Assembly: GCA_001790095.1 (NCBI GenBank)
Contig: MGBH01000001.1
Location: forward strand, 90,001-122,000
Length of the DNA stretch: 32,000 nt
Source: Candidatus Saccharimonadota bacterium
GTDB lineage: Bacteria > Patescibacteriota > Microgenomatia > UBA1406 > GWC2-37-13
Direction: 5' to 3'
Notes under the pieces: model-generated
Databases searched by the model: none
What the model was told of the DNA's origin: nothing
What the model saw: only the letters and a program-made list of their open reading frames with translations
Made by a program: the position numbers and the translations under genes
Part shown: positions 24,162 to 32,000 of the stretch, in pieces
How positions within the stretch are numbered: position 1 is the first letter of the stretch
Layout of the letters: each line of letters starts with the position of its first letter

Positions 24162-24590
24162 ATGGATGATTTTAAACTGGTTTCAATAGATGATGAACCC
24201 TCAATAGAAGATAAAAAAATTATGAGAGAAGGGATGCTTGCTTACCATACAAGTCAGGGTCATGTGAGGAATCAAGAATTTTTCTCTGTGTTGATTAAAG
24301 ACAAAGAAGCAAATACTAAGGGAGTTGTGGCAGTTTCATTTCTTTGGAATGGTATGCATATCCACACTTTATGGATCGATGAATCAATCAGGGGTAAGGG
24401 TTGGGGAAGGAAGCTTATGAGCATAGTTGAAGAAGAAGCAAAAAAAAGAAACTGCAATCTTGCCTACACGGATACTTATTCATGGCAAGCCCCTGAGTTT
24501 TATGAGAAATTAGGATACAGCCTTTATGCTAAACTGGATGATTTTCCAAAGGGTTGTTCTTTAAGCTACTTTAAAAAGGACCTGCAATGA
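24162..24590 (+). CDS. GNAT-family N-acetyltransferase
   Basis: Acetyl-CoA motif A IRGKGWGRKLM, 142 aa. Confidence 0.8.
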   Translation: MDDFKLVSIDDEPSIEDKKIMREGMLAYHTSQGHVRNQEFFSVLIKDKEANTKGVVAVSFLWNGMHIHTLWIDESIRGKGWGRKLMSIVEEEAKKRNCNLAYTDTYSWQAPEFYEKLGYSLYAKLDDFPKGCSLSYFKKDLQ

Positions 24591-24608
24591 TTTGGCGAAA
24601 ACAAGATA

Positions 24609-24614
24609 TATAAT
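24609..24614 (+). promoter_or_regulatory. TATAAT box 6 nt upstream of ATG 24621 (leaderless promoter candidate)
   Basis: TATAAT, then AGTAAT, then ATG, within a 30-bp gap with no SD. Confidence 0.35.
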
Positions 24615-24620
24615 AGTAAT

Positions 24621-25214
24621 ATGAACATTACTTCTATTATTTTTGATGGAAGCGGAGTTATTACTGATGAGCAACCCCGAAAAACTGCCAGAATGTGGAG
24701 TGAAAAATATAATATTCCATACAATGACATTTGGCAAACTGTCTATAAGGACAATTACAATCTTGCGCGTGACGGTATACTAGATGCTAAAGAGTATTAC
24801 AAAAAAAGCGTTAATACATTAGGAGTGAAGATAAGTTATGAAGAATTTGTCCATGATTATATTGCAGATTGTGCAGTCCGTCCGGAGATGATAACCATAC
24901 TTCAAGCGCTTTCTAAGAAGGTACCTCTTTATCTCTTCTCAAATCAGACAGAGATAAACACTATTTATCTTCGCCCGCTTCTTGAACAATATTTCAAACA
25001 CATCATTTTTTCTAATGAAGTCAGAATGCACAAACCTGACAAAAACATATACGAACTGCTTTTAAAACATATAGGAACAAACAAAGAAAGCGCACTTTAT
25101 ATTGACGATAGAAGCGAACAACTTGAAGCTGCAAAAAAATATGGGATATCAACCTACCTTTTTTTATCAGTATCTAAGTTGAAAGATCATTTGTCCAAAC
25201 GATCTCTTCTTTAA
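24621..25214 (+). CDS. HAD-superfamily hydrolase with a variant motif I (DGSGV)
   Basis: IIFDGSGVITD, LFSNQ, K...YIDDRSEQ. The second Asp of DxDxT is Ser. Confidence 0.65.
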   Translation: MNITSIIFDGSGVITDEQPRKTARMWSEKYNIPYNDIWQTVYKDNYNLARDGILDAKEYYKKSVNTLGVKISYEEFVHDYIADCAVRPEMITILQALSKKVPLYLFSNQTEINTIYLRPLLEQYFKHIIFSNEVRMHKPDKNIYELLLKHIGTNKESALYIDDRSEQLEAAKKYGISTYLFLSVSKLKDHLSKRSLL

Positions 25215-25220
25215 ATGTAT

Positions 25221-26192
25221 CTACAGTAAACTATTTTTCATATGTCTCCAATAGAGAAAATTCCCGATACTACCAATTATCACAACACCAATAGAGATAA
25301 ATAGCAATATCTTTGATGTTGAATTATCTGCTGCGGAAGCTTGCGTTGAGATAGGGGGTGAAGTTGGTTGAATATCTTGTAATTGGATTGAGATGTCTTT
25401 CAAAGTGCTTGTAGGCGTAACGTTATCTTGGCTTTTGGTGGGTGAAGTTATTTCTATTGTGGGTGTTTGCGTTAGTGTTGGAGTATAAGTAAAAGTCTCA
25501 CCAGCTGTTGCAGAGATTTCATTTGAAAAACTTCCGGAAGTACAACCATTGACCGCTTGGATCGCAAAATAATATCTTTTTCCCGGCGACAACGAACCAA
25601 CAGTATATGAAGAAGCACCTTGTTCACCCACATTTGGATTTCCATATATATATTGTCCAGAAGTTAGACCATATGATAGGAGATAGCGGGTTACAGGATT
25701 TGCTGCAGGCGTCCATGTCAACGTTATTTGAGTTTGGCCATTTGAAGTCGCCGATGTGAGGCGCGGAGTGCTTCCTGGAGCTGAGTCGTAACAACCCGAG
25801 GATGTAAAAGTAATTTGTCCCAAATTATAAAACGTTACATTTGAAGTCTTATCAGTAACATTTAAGTTGTCTGTTTGACTTTTTGTTGATTTTATTGAAA
25901 AAAGCGCATGACCACTTCCGTCGGTAGTACCTGATATTGTGGTAATTGTGGCTCCACTGTTGCTTGAATCCTCAAGCGCGACTAAGTTGCCGACGATTGG
26001 ATTACCAGAGCTGTCTTGAAGGGTTACGGTGATGATAGCTGTTGTTTGTCCATCGGCAGGTACAAAGGAGCTTACACTCAAACTTGAGTGACTGCGATCA
26101 GGTACATTACTGGCGTATATGAAAAAAGGAAAAAAAATAAAAGAAAACAAAAAAAGGCAGAAAATGATCACAAAGTTTCCTTTATAAGGCAT
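25221..26192 (-). CDS. Cell-surface protein: signal peptide, Big_1-like Ig domain, fibronectin type III domain, Thr/Pro linker, C-terminal TM anchor
   Basis: AIITVTLQDSSGNPIVGNLV (Big-like), ITLTWTPAANPVTRYLLSYG...YYFAIQAVN (FN3), TPTLTQTPTIEITSPT linker, ILLFISIGVVIIGSIGNFLYW followed by RHMK. Confidence 0.7.
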   Translation of the reverse strand: MPYKGNFVIIFCLFLFSFIFFPFFIYASNVPDRSHSSLSVSSFVPADGQTTAIITVTLQDSSGNPIVGNLVALEDSSNSGATITTISGTTDGSGHALFSIKSTKSQTDNLNVTDKTSNVTFYNLGQITFTSSGCYDSAPGSTPRLTSATSNGQTQITLTWTPAANPVTRYLLSYGLTSGQYIYGNPNVGEQGASSYTVGSLSPGKRYYFAIQAVNGCTSGSFSNEISATAGETFTYTPTLTQTPTIEITSPTKSQDNVTPTSTLKDISIQLQDIQPTSPPISTQASAADNSTSKILLFISIGVVIIGSIGNFLYWRHMKNSLL

Positions 26193-26197
26193 ACTTG

Positions 26198-26203
26198 ATT
26201 ATA
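26198..26203 (-). promoter_or_regulatory. TATAAT box 5 nt upstream of ATG 26192 (leaderless promoter candidate)
   Basis: The reverse complement reads TATAAT, CAAGT, then ATG. Confidence 0.35.
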
Positions 26204-26240
26204 TAATAAACTAGCAAGTCAAGAGTAATGGAGGACTCAT

Positions 26241-26249
26241 TGTTATAAT
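26241..26249 (+). promoter_or_regulatory. Extended -10 box TGtTATAAT, 6 nt upstream of ATG 26256 (leaderless promoter candidate)
   Basis: TGTTATAAT, then AATCGT, then ATG. Confidence 0.45.
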
Positions 26250-26255
26250 AATCGT

Positions 26256-26921
26256 ATGTTAGATGTAATAGTGTTCATACTACTTTTTCTTATAATCGTG
26301 AACTGGTTTCAGTTGATGAGCTTTTCCAACTTAGTTGTGGGTAAAAAGATTAAAACAAGCTCTATAAAGGATGAGTGGATACATAACAAGGTAAAGAAAA
26401 AAACAGGATTAACACTTATTGACATAACCTTATTCCATGATAAGAAGATGTATGGAATGATGGCGGGATTACCTTTCTGGCCAAAAATGATTTTATCAAC
26501 GGGATTATATGAATCTTTTAATAAAGATGAGCTTGAGTGGGTTGTACTTCATGAAGCTTTTCACTGTGTTTTATGGCATAATCTACAGTCATTTATTATT
26601 GAAATGGTTATCCTGTTTCTAGGAATTTATTTCGTAAAAACAGAGCATATTGGTTTGCTTTCAATCATCTTTTTAGCAATTATTTTAGGCGTTATTTGTA
26701 TTCAAATAATCAGATGGACTACAGAATATATAGCTGATAAATACGCAATTGAAAAAATGACAAATCCAAAGGGAGTAATAACTGCTCAGGATAAATTTCG
26801 TATAAATTATAAAGATAATTTTTTGAATAGCGAAAAAAGCATATTTAGGATGCTCTTTCATTGGAACATAACTTTTTCACAGCGGATACAAATAGCCAAT
26901 AAAAGAATAAATAGTAAGTAA
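26256..26921 (+). CDS. Integral-membrane HExxH zinc metalloprotease-like protein (M48/M56-like)
   Basis: VVLHEAFHCVLWH (HExxH) between TM helices. About 4 TM helices. Confidence 0.5.
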   Translation: MLDVIVFILLFLIIVNWFQLMSFSNLVVGKKIKTSSIKDEWIHNKVKKKTGLTLIDITLFHDKKMYGMMAGLPFWPKMILSTGLYESFNKDELEWVVLHEAFHCVLWHNLQSFIIEMVILFLGIYFVKTEHIGLLSIIFLAIILGVICIQIIRWTTEYIADKYAIEKMTNPKGVITAQDKFRINYKDNFLNSEKSIFRMLFHWNITFSQRIQIANKRINSK

Positions 26922-26929
26922 AAACCTAT

Positions 26930-26938
26930 TGATATAAT
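26930..26938 (+). promoter_or_regulatory. Extended -10 box TGaTATAAT, 6 nt upstream of ATG 26945 (leaderless promoter candidate)
   Basis: TGATATAAT, then TTAATT, then ATG, within a 23-bp gap. Confidence 0.45.
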
Positions 26939-26944
26939 TTAATT

Positions 26945-27610
26945 ATGATTAAGCTTATTATCTTTGATTGGGATGATGTTTTGACTCTTAATGCAAAAGA
27001 GGGCTATTATAACTGTTATAGAAAAACGATCAATGAACTTGGTGTATATCTGGATGAAAAAGAATTAGATAAAAGAATAAAAAAAAGATGGGGTCAACCA
27101 TACAGGGAAGAGATAAAGGAGATATTAAAGGAACGCCCCGAATTAGTGAATAAAGCTTGTGCACTTTATCAACAGCACAAATTTGGACCGACGTATCTTG
27201 ACAAAGTAAAAGAAGTACCTGGAATAGACTCTCTCTTAAAAAAGTTAAGTAAAGAATATTTGCTAGCTGTGGCAACGGCCAATCAACCAAAAATTCTACA
27301 AAAAATATATGAGAAATTTTCTATTCCAAAAGTGTTTTGCCAAATAGTTACGGCGTATGATGAAGATGTTCCTCCAGAAAAGACCAAACCACACCCTCAT
27401 ATGCTAGAGTTAATTTTAAATAAACAAAAAATAAAAAGTAGTGAAGCTTTGTTTGTGGGTGATGCGGAGAATGATGTGTTGATGGCAAAAAATGCGGGTA
27501 TTGAACCAGTCGTTGTTCTAACTGGTCATCTTTCTAAAGAGCAAGCAGACAAGCTAGGAGTAAAGTACGTTCTTCCAGACGTAACAAAACTTGAAGAAAT
27601 TCTTTTCTAA
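26945..27610 (+). CDS. HAD-superfamily phosphatase (phosphoglycolate phosphatase-like)
   Basis: IIFDWDDVL (DxDxV), VATAN, KPHP, VGDAENDVLMAKNAG. Confidence 0.8.
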   Translation: MIKLIIFDWDDVLTLNAKEGYYNCYRKTINELGVYLDEKELDKRIKKRWGQPYREEIKEILKERPELVNKACALYQQHKFGPTYLDKVKEVPGIDSLLKKLSKEYLLAVATANQPKILQKIYEKFSIPKVFCQIVTAYDEDVPPEKTKPHPHMLELILNKQKIKSSEALFVGDAENDVLMAKNAGIEPVVVLTGHLSKEQADKLGVKYVLPDVTKLEEILF

Positions 27611-27622
27611 CTCTATTTTATG

Positions 27623-28423
27623 TTATTTTAATAAATATCCTCCATCGACAACTATCTGACTCCCAGTCATATATGATGACATATCAGAGGCAAGAAATAA
27701 CACTACTTTTCCAATGTCATCAGGTGTTCCCATCCTTCCCATGGCAACATCCATCTTTGGTGGTTCGGGGTTTCTTTCTACCACTACTTCCTTTCCTCCT
27801 GATTGCATGACAGCAACACCATGTGTCATCACTCCACCCGGGGCAACTGCATTAACCCATATATTATGTTTTGCAAGTTCAAGTGCGACGTTCTTTGAAA
27901 ATCCCCAGACACCGTGTTTGGAAGCATCATAATGTGCCAGACCAGCCATAGAAGGATGAATAGCATCAATTGAGGTCACATTAATAATCTTACCTCCTTT
28001 ACCCTGTTTGATCATTTGCTCTGAGACAAATTTTACGGTAAAAAATACTCCCCTCAAATTAGTTGCAATGACTTTATCAAAATCATCGATTTTCATATCT
28101 TTAAGTAATGTAAAAGGGAAGATTCCAGCATTATTTACTAAAACATCAATAGATTCAAATCGCTTAATTGTTTCCTGTAATAGATTCCTTACATCTTCTT
28201 CATTAGCTACATCTGTTTTAACAGCCAACACTTTATATCCTTTTTGTGTGAGCTCATCAGCAGCTTTTTGTGCTTCGTCAATGTTTCGGCTGGCAATAAC
28301 TACATTCGCTCCAGCCTCTGCAAGCCGGTTACTTATTCCAAATCCAATTCCGACAGATCCCCCCGTAACAACTGCAGTTTTTCCTGTTAAATCAAGTAAT
28401 TTATTATTTGATAAAATTTCCAT
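27623..28423 (-). CDS. Short-chain dehydrogenase/reductase (FabG/glucose 1-dehydrogenase-like)
   Basis: TGGSVGIGFG cofactor motif, NNAG, catalytic YDASKHG. Confidence 0.9.
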   Translation of the reverse strand: MEILSNNKLLDLTGKTAVVTGGSVGIGFGISNRLAEAGANVVIASRNIDEAQKAADELTQKGYKVLAVKTDVANEEDVRNLLQETIKRFESIDVLVNNAGIFPFTLLKDMKIDDFDKVIATNLRGVFFTVKFVSEQMIKQGKGGKIINVTSIDAIHPSMAGLAHYDASKHGVWGFSKNVALELAKHNIWVNAVAPGGVMTHGVAVMQSGGKEVVVERNPEPPKMDVAMGRMGTPDDIGKVVLFLASDMSSYMTGSQIVVDGGYLLK

Positions 28424-28538
28424 AGTTAAATTAAATTATTAAAGCCAACTTTAATAGTAATGGATAGTGATATTTATTGCAACGAATGTAAATTCACTAT
28501 GATACATTACTAAATTCATTTATAACTGTCGTTTTTTA

Positions 28539-29468
28539 TCACTTAGTAAGTAGGGCAATTGCTTTTTCTGCTGCAGTCCAATATTTGATGTTGCCGAGCA
28601 TTTTTTGTTGATACCAGTATTCAAACCCCCAAAAGAATACCCCGTCAATTTCCCAGTCTGATATCCATTCCGCATTAATCATCACTTGTTGAGGAGAACA
28701 ACTGTCAGGTATGGTCCATGGTTCAGCTTGTAGTTCACTGATCCAGACCTTTTTTCCTTTTTTTGTGATTGCTTTAATTACTTCTTGTATGTGTATATCG
28801 GAGTCACGTGGTCCCTGCATAATCAATTTTCCCAGTATGTTTTTATTAGGTACTTTGGGATACAAATCAAGTCCTACTATATCTGCTAAGTTAGTAACTT
28901 TATCATAGTAGTTTCTCTTACTTAGTTCATTTCCCCAAAGATTAATCATGATTGGTCGATCTGAATCAATATCTTTCACTAATACTACTTCTTTTTCTAA
29001 TAACTCTGAATCGATTCTCCACCAATGGGGACCGCTTGGGTCCAGTGGTTCATTTTCAATTTGCCAATATTTGATTTGGGGATAGTTTTTGAAATGAATT
29101 ATGGTAGCCTTTATAAAAGAAAAAAGAGCGGTATTGAACATATCATTTTCAAAAACAAAGGAATTATTTTTGAGTTTTATTGAACTGACAATCCAGGAAG
29201 GTATATAATATTCTGGATATCGGGGTGCTTTTATTCCGACCGTCATCGTGATTGTGATTCCTAACTTTCCACAAGCATCAACTAACGAATCTATTTCAGA
29301 GAAATCATATATGCCAGGAGTTTTTTCCATATTTGCCCAATAACAACCCAATCGAATATGTTTTAAACCAAGCTGTGAATATTGCTCTAAGGCATTATTA
29401 AACGCAAAGTCAAGATGTAACAAATGAGGATGACTAAAGGATGCCCCAACAACTTTACTTTTTTTCAT
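28539..29468 (-). CDS. Clan GH-A (beta/alpha)8 glycoside hydrolase, cytoplasmic
   Basis: WANMEKTPGIYDFSEID, as in GH42/GH5-type enzymes. WQIENEP (acid/base Glu) and WISELQAEPW (nucleophile Glu). No signal peptide. Confidence 0.6.
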   Translation of the reverse strand: MKKSKVVGASFSHPHLLHLDFAFNNALEQYSQLGLKHIRLGCYWANMEKTPGIYDFSEIDSLVDACGKLGITITMTVGIKAPRYPEYYIPSWIVSSIKLKNNSFVFENDMFNTALFSFIKATIIHFKNYPQIKYWQIENEPLDPSGPHWWRIDSELLEKEVVLVKDIDSDRPIMINLWGNELSKRNYYDKVTNLADIVGLDLYPKVPNKNILGKLIMQGPRDSDIHIQEVIKAITKKGKKVWISELQAEPWTIPDSCSPQQVMINAEWISDWEIDGVFFWGFEYWYQQKMLGNIKYWTAAEKAIALLTK

Positions 29469-29613
29469 AAAATATTCTCAATTAGAATAAATGTTATCAT
29501 TCTATCGTGATGATGTTTAAATTTTTATGTTCAAATTTAGTATGATAATTAATTTTACTCCAATGTCTATATCTTAGGCGGCAGTTATTATATACTAAGG
29601 GAAGAACGGATTT

Positions 29614-30012
29614 ATGAATAATTCTTATAATTGGTATTCAACGCTCATTAAACCATTATGGTCTCCTCCAAGTTGGCTTTTTGGTCCCGTATGGACTTTC
29701 CTTTATATTTTAATCGTCATTTCTTTTGTAAAAGTATTTATTATGGGTTGGAAAAAAGAGATTGCTTTTCTTGTCGTTTTACCTTTTATTCTTAATCTTA
29801 TTTTTAATTTTGCTTTTACTCCTTTGCAGTTTGGGTTAAAGAATAATTTATTAGCAGCAATTGATATCCTTCTGGTCTTAGGAACTCTTATTTGGTTGAT
29901 GGTTGCTATTTATCCTCATGCTAAGTGGATAGCATATATTCAAATTCCTTATTTACTCTGGGTTTCATTTGCAACTGTTTTACAATTAACAATTACCTAT
30001 TTAAATAGATAA
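29614..30012 (+). CDS. tspO: TspO/MBR-family protein, N-terminally short (4 TM)
   Basis: WYSTLIKPLWSPPSWLFGPVWTFLYILI matches the TspO loop1/TM2 signature. An in-frame stop at 29596 rules out a longer N-terminus. Confidence 0.8.
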   Translation: MNNSYNWYSTLIKPLWSPPSWLFGPVWTFLYILIVISFVKVFIMGWKKEIAFLVVLPFILNLIFNFAFTPLQFGLKNNLLAAIDILLVLGTLIWLMVAIYPHAKWIAYIQIPYLLWVSFATVLQLTITYLNR

Positions 30013-30013
30013 T

Positions 30014-30412
30014 ATGTTTATAAAACTTTATCTTATTGCTCTACCTGTATTTTTTGGAATCGATATGGTTTGGCTGACTTTGGTTGCCAAGAATTTTTAT
30101 ACTAAAAAAATTGGATATTTGATGGCCAAAAATCCAAATCTCTTTGCCGCTTTCATTTTTTACCTTATTTTTATTGCTGGACTTGTCATTTTTGTCATAT
30201 CTCCGGCTTTGGAAAAAAAGATGTGGTTATCAGCCTTACTTAATGGTGCTTTTTTTGGTCTTGTTACCTACGCGACATACGATCTCACTAATTTAGCAAC
30301 GATAAAGGACTGGCCGGTTTTGGTAACAGTTATTGACTTGCTGTGGGGGATGTTTTTATCGGCAAGCGTTTCAGTTATTAGCTACCTCATTGCTACTAAA
30401 ATTGGTTTATGA
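30014..30412 (+). CDS. DUF2177-family membrane protein
   Basis: FGIDMVWLTLVAKNFY and TYATYDLTNLATIKDWP match my recollection of DUF2177. Its ATG is 1 nt after the tspO stop. Confidence 0.7.
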   Translation: MFIKLYLIALPVFFGIDMVWLTLVAKNFYTKKIGYLMAKNPNLFAAFIFYLIFIAGLVIFVISPALEKKMWLSALLNGAFFGLVTYATYDLTNLATIKDWPVLVTVIDLLWGMFLSASVSVISYLIATKIGL

Positions 30413-30440
30413 GCTATTACTTGAGTCTTTCGATAAAACT

Positions 30441-30788
30441 TTAATCCTTCTTGTCTAAAGAGTTAAAACAAAGACAATTCTTTTGTTTTAAAATATCAAC
30501 CTGTTCATTTGGAGTATTTATTAAAACGTCTTGTTTTTTATTACCTGTTGCTTGGTGCACCGACAAATCACTTTTGTGATTATATCCCCTTCCGATAATC
30601 TCTTTTACAAGTAGTTCGTGACGAATATAGAGAGCTTTTAATTTTCCAACCCAGCGCATGGTCTCAGGATGCTTTGAGTATCCTTTCTTCTTTTTTGTTA
30701 TAACCGTCCAAACAGCGTGTAATTCACGGTGTTCGCCAAGTAAATGTTGATGACACAAAAGCGAGGGCGATATGTCCCAAATTCTCAT
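30441..30788 (-). CDS. Pyrimidine-dimer DNA glycosylase (T4 endonuclease V/DenV-like)
   Basis: MRIWDISPSLLCHQHLLGEHRELHAVW aligns with the T4 DenV segment LADQHLMAEYRELPRVF, including the catalytic Glu. Confidence 0.72.
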   Translation of the reverse strand: MRIWDISPSLLCHQHLLGEHRELHAVWTVITKKKKGYSKHPETMRWVGKLKALYIRHELLVKEIIGRGYNHKSDLSVHQATGNKKQDVLINTPNEQVDILKQKNCLCFNSLDKKD

Positions 30789-30831
30789 AAAGAAAAGTAT
30801 TTAATTAATTAACAATCAATTTGTCTCTATA

Positions 30832-32000
30832 TTATTCATATCTCAAAGCATCGATTGGATTTAAGCTCGCCGCTTTGTGAGCAGGATACCAACCGAAGAA
30901 AATACCGATGCTTACTGTAGTAAAGAATGAGAGAACATAGCTCCACCAGACAAGTACTACTGATACTTCTAAATTATTTAGCAAGAAATATACTCCAAAA
31001 GAGAGAATGCATCCAATGAGAAATCCAACAAGACTTAATATAAATGCTTCAAATAAGAATTGAAATAATATATATTCAGATTGTGCTCCAATTGCTTTTC
31101 GGATACCAATCTCCTTAGTTCTTTCGGTAACAGTAACATACATAATATTCATTATTCCGATTCCACCAACAAGTAAAACAACAATTCCAACCGATGCAAG
31201 TAGAACCGACATAGTACGTGATGAATTTACGGCTGCAGATACTGTTGTTCCCATATCTCGAACTCGAAAGTCATCATTCATTCCAGGTTTAAGTTTATGC
31301 GTTTCACGGAGTGACTTTGATATTTCATCAACTGCCTGGCTGATAAGTTTTACATCTTTAGCTTGTGCATTCATGTTAAATCGTCCATTGATACCTAGAA
31401 CATATCGATATGTCGAGGAATAGGGAGTAAAGATACTATCATCAATCGTTGTTGGTCCTACAGATCCACCTTTATATTCAAGAAGTCCTATTACCTCAAA
31501 TTCTTTTTTCCCCACCGTGATAGTTTTACCAATTACATCAGCATTTCTGTTGCCAAATAATTCTTCTGCAACAATGGCTCCAATTACCGCCACTTTTTCG
31601 TGGGTGTCATTCTCTTCTTCAGTGAAAAACCTTCCCTTAGTAAGCTTGAGACTTGCAAGTTGTTGAATATTTGGAGTTGTTCCAAGAACCGACAAGTTAC
31701 TTGATTGTCCATCATATTGAATTTGGACTCTTCCCGACAATTGAGGAATTGCTGTTTCAATAGAGGGAAGTTGTTTAATTGGTTCAACATCAGTATAACT
31801 TAATTTTGAAGCTGCTCCATCCACAGTCGAAGGCGCGTTTATAAGAATGGTCGTAACGCTCATACTTGAGTATTGTTGTTCAATATTCTTTTTTGCTCCT
31901 TCACCAAGAGCTACGACTATAATGATAGTAAGTGAGCCAATAATAATACCAAGAGTGGTAAGGAACGAACGCATAGGATTTGCCATTAATGCATTCCAAG
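30832..32000 (-). CDS. MacB/FtsX-type ABC transporter permease, 5' end beyond the window
   Basis: The frame stays open upstream of the tracked ATG 31986 (..WNALMANPMRSFLTTLGIIIG, typical MacB TM1). Large periplasmic domain and a C-terminal FtsX 3-TM bundle (EIGIRKAIGA). Confidence 0.85.
   Translation of the reverse strand, partial: WNALMANPMRSFLTTLGIIIGSLTIIIVVALGEGAKKNIEQQYSSMSVTTILINAPSTVDGAASKLSYTDVEPIKQLPSIETAIPQLSGRVQIQYDGQSSNLSVLGTTPNIQQLASLKLTKGRFFTEEENDTHEKVAVIGAIVAEELFGNRNADVIGKTITVGKKEFEVIGLLEYKGGSVGPTTIDDSIFTPYSSTYRYVLGINGRFNMNAQAKDVKLISQAVDEISKSLRETHKLKPGMNDDFRVRDMGTTVSAAVNSSRTMSVLLASVGIVVLLVGGIGIMNIMYVTVTERTKEIGIRKAIGAQSEYILFQFLFEAFILSLVGFLIGCILSFGVYFLLNNLEVSVVLVWWSYVLSFFTTVSIGIFFGWYPAHKAASLNPIDALRYE

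Noticed and set aside
27714-28442. Plus-strand ORFs (72 aa and 144 aa) overlapping the SDR gene
   Set aside because: They are antisense to a canonical SDR (TGxxxGxG, YxxxK). They are Ser/Thr-rich shadow ORFs.

Overview
AT-rich (roughly 35-40% GC by eye, not computed), gene-dense chromosomal segment with about 40 CDS on both strands and mostly very short intergenic gaps. It reads cleanly in the standard bacterial code. Gene content suggests an uncultivated small-genome bacterium (CPR/Patescibacteria-like): small RRM RNA-binding protein, minimal DEAD-box helicase, many NUDIX/HAD housecleaning enzymes, Big/FN3 surface protein, protease-less Lon-like ATPase. This placement is inference only. I recognised no rRNA, tRNA, CRISPR array, transposase, integrase or phage genes. 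Blocks, left to right: (1) RNA-metabolism genes (DEAD-box helicase, Zn-ribbon protein, RRM protein). (2) HAD hydrolase and membrane-anchored cyclophilin. (3) A metal island: OmpR-type regulator, a histidine kinase with no sensor loop, an HMA/7-TM/tandem Cys-Met cupredoxin-like membrane protein, CopZ and a CopA P1B-ATPase. The same direct-repeat operator sits in front of both the two-component operon and the metal operon. (4) NUDIX, a Lon-like AAA+ ATPase without a protease domain, groES-groEL, enolase. (5) A B12-binding radical SAM gene translationally coupled to a NUDIX gene, flanked by a second NUDIX and an EEP nuclease/phosphatase. (6) A Cys-rich PadR overlapping a glutaredoxin-like gene. 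(7) PlsC-like acyltransferase, then an ECF sigma module (secreted helical protein, sigma, membrane partner) with a shared bipartite promoter-like motif. (8) LysE, GNAT, HADs, surface protein, HExxH membrane protease, SDR, glycoside hydrolase. (9) A TM1-less TspO, DUF2177 and a pyrimidine-dimer glycosylase, then a MacB/FtsX-type permease that runs off the window. A window-wide signal is that about 12 gene starts have a (TGn)TATAAT box ending only 5-9 nt before the ATG with no Shine-Dalgarno, which suggests widespread leaderless mRNAs. The best candidate for an undescribed system is the sensor-less two-component system plus the HMA/7-TM/double cupredoxin-like protein. The radical SAM/NUDIX cluster is the second candidate.
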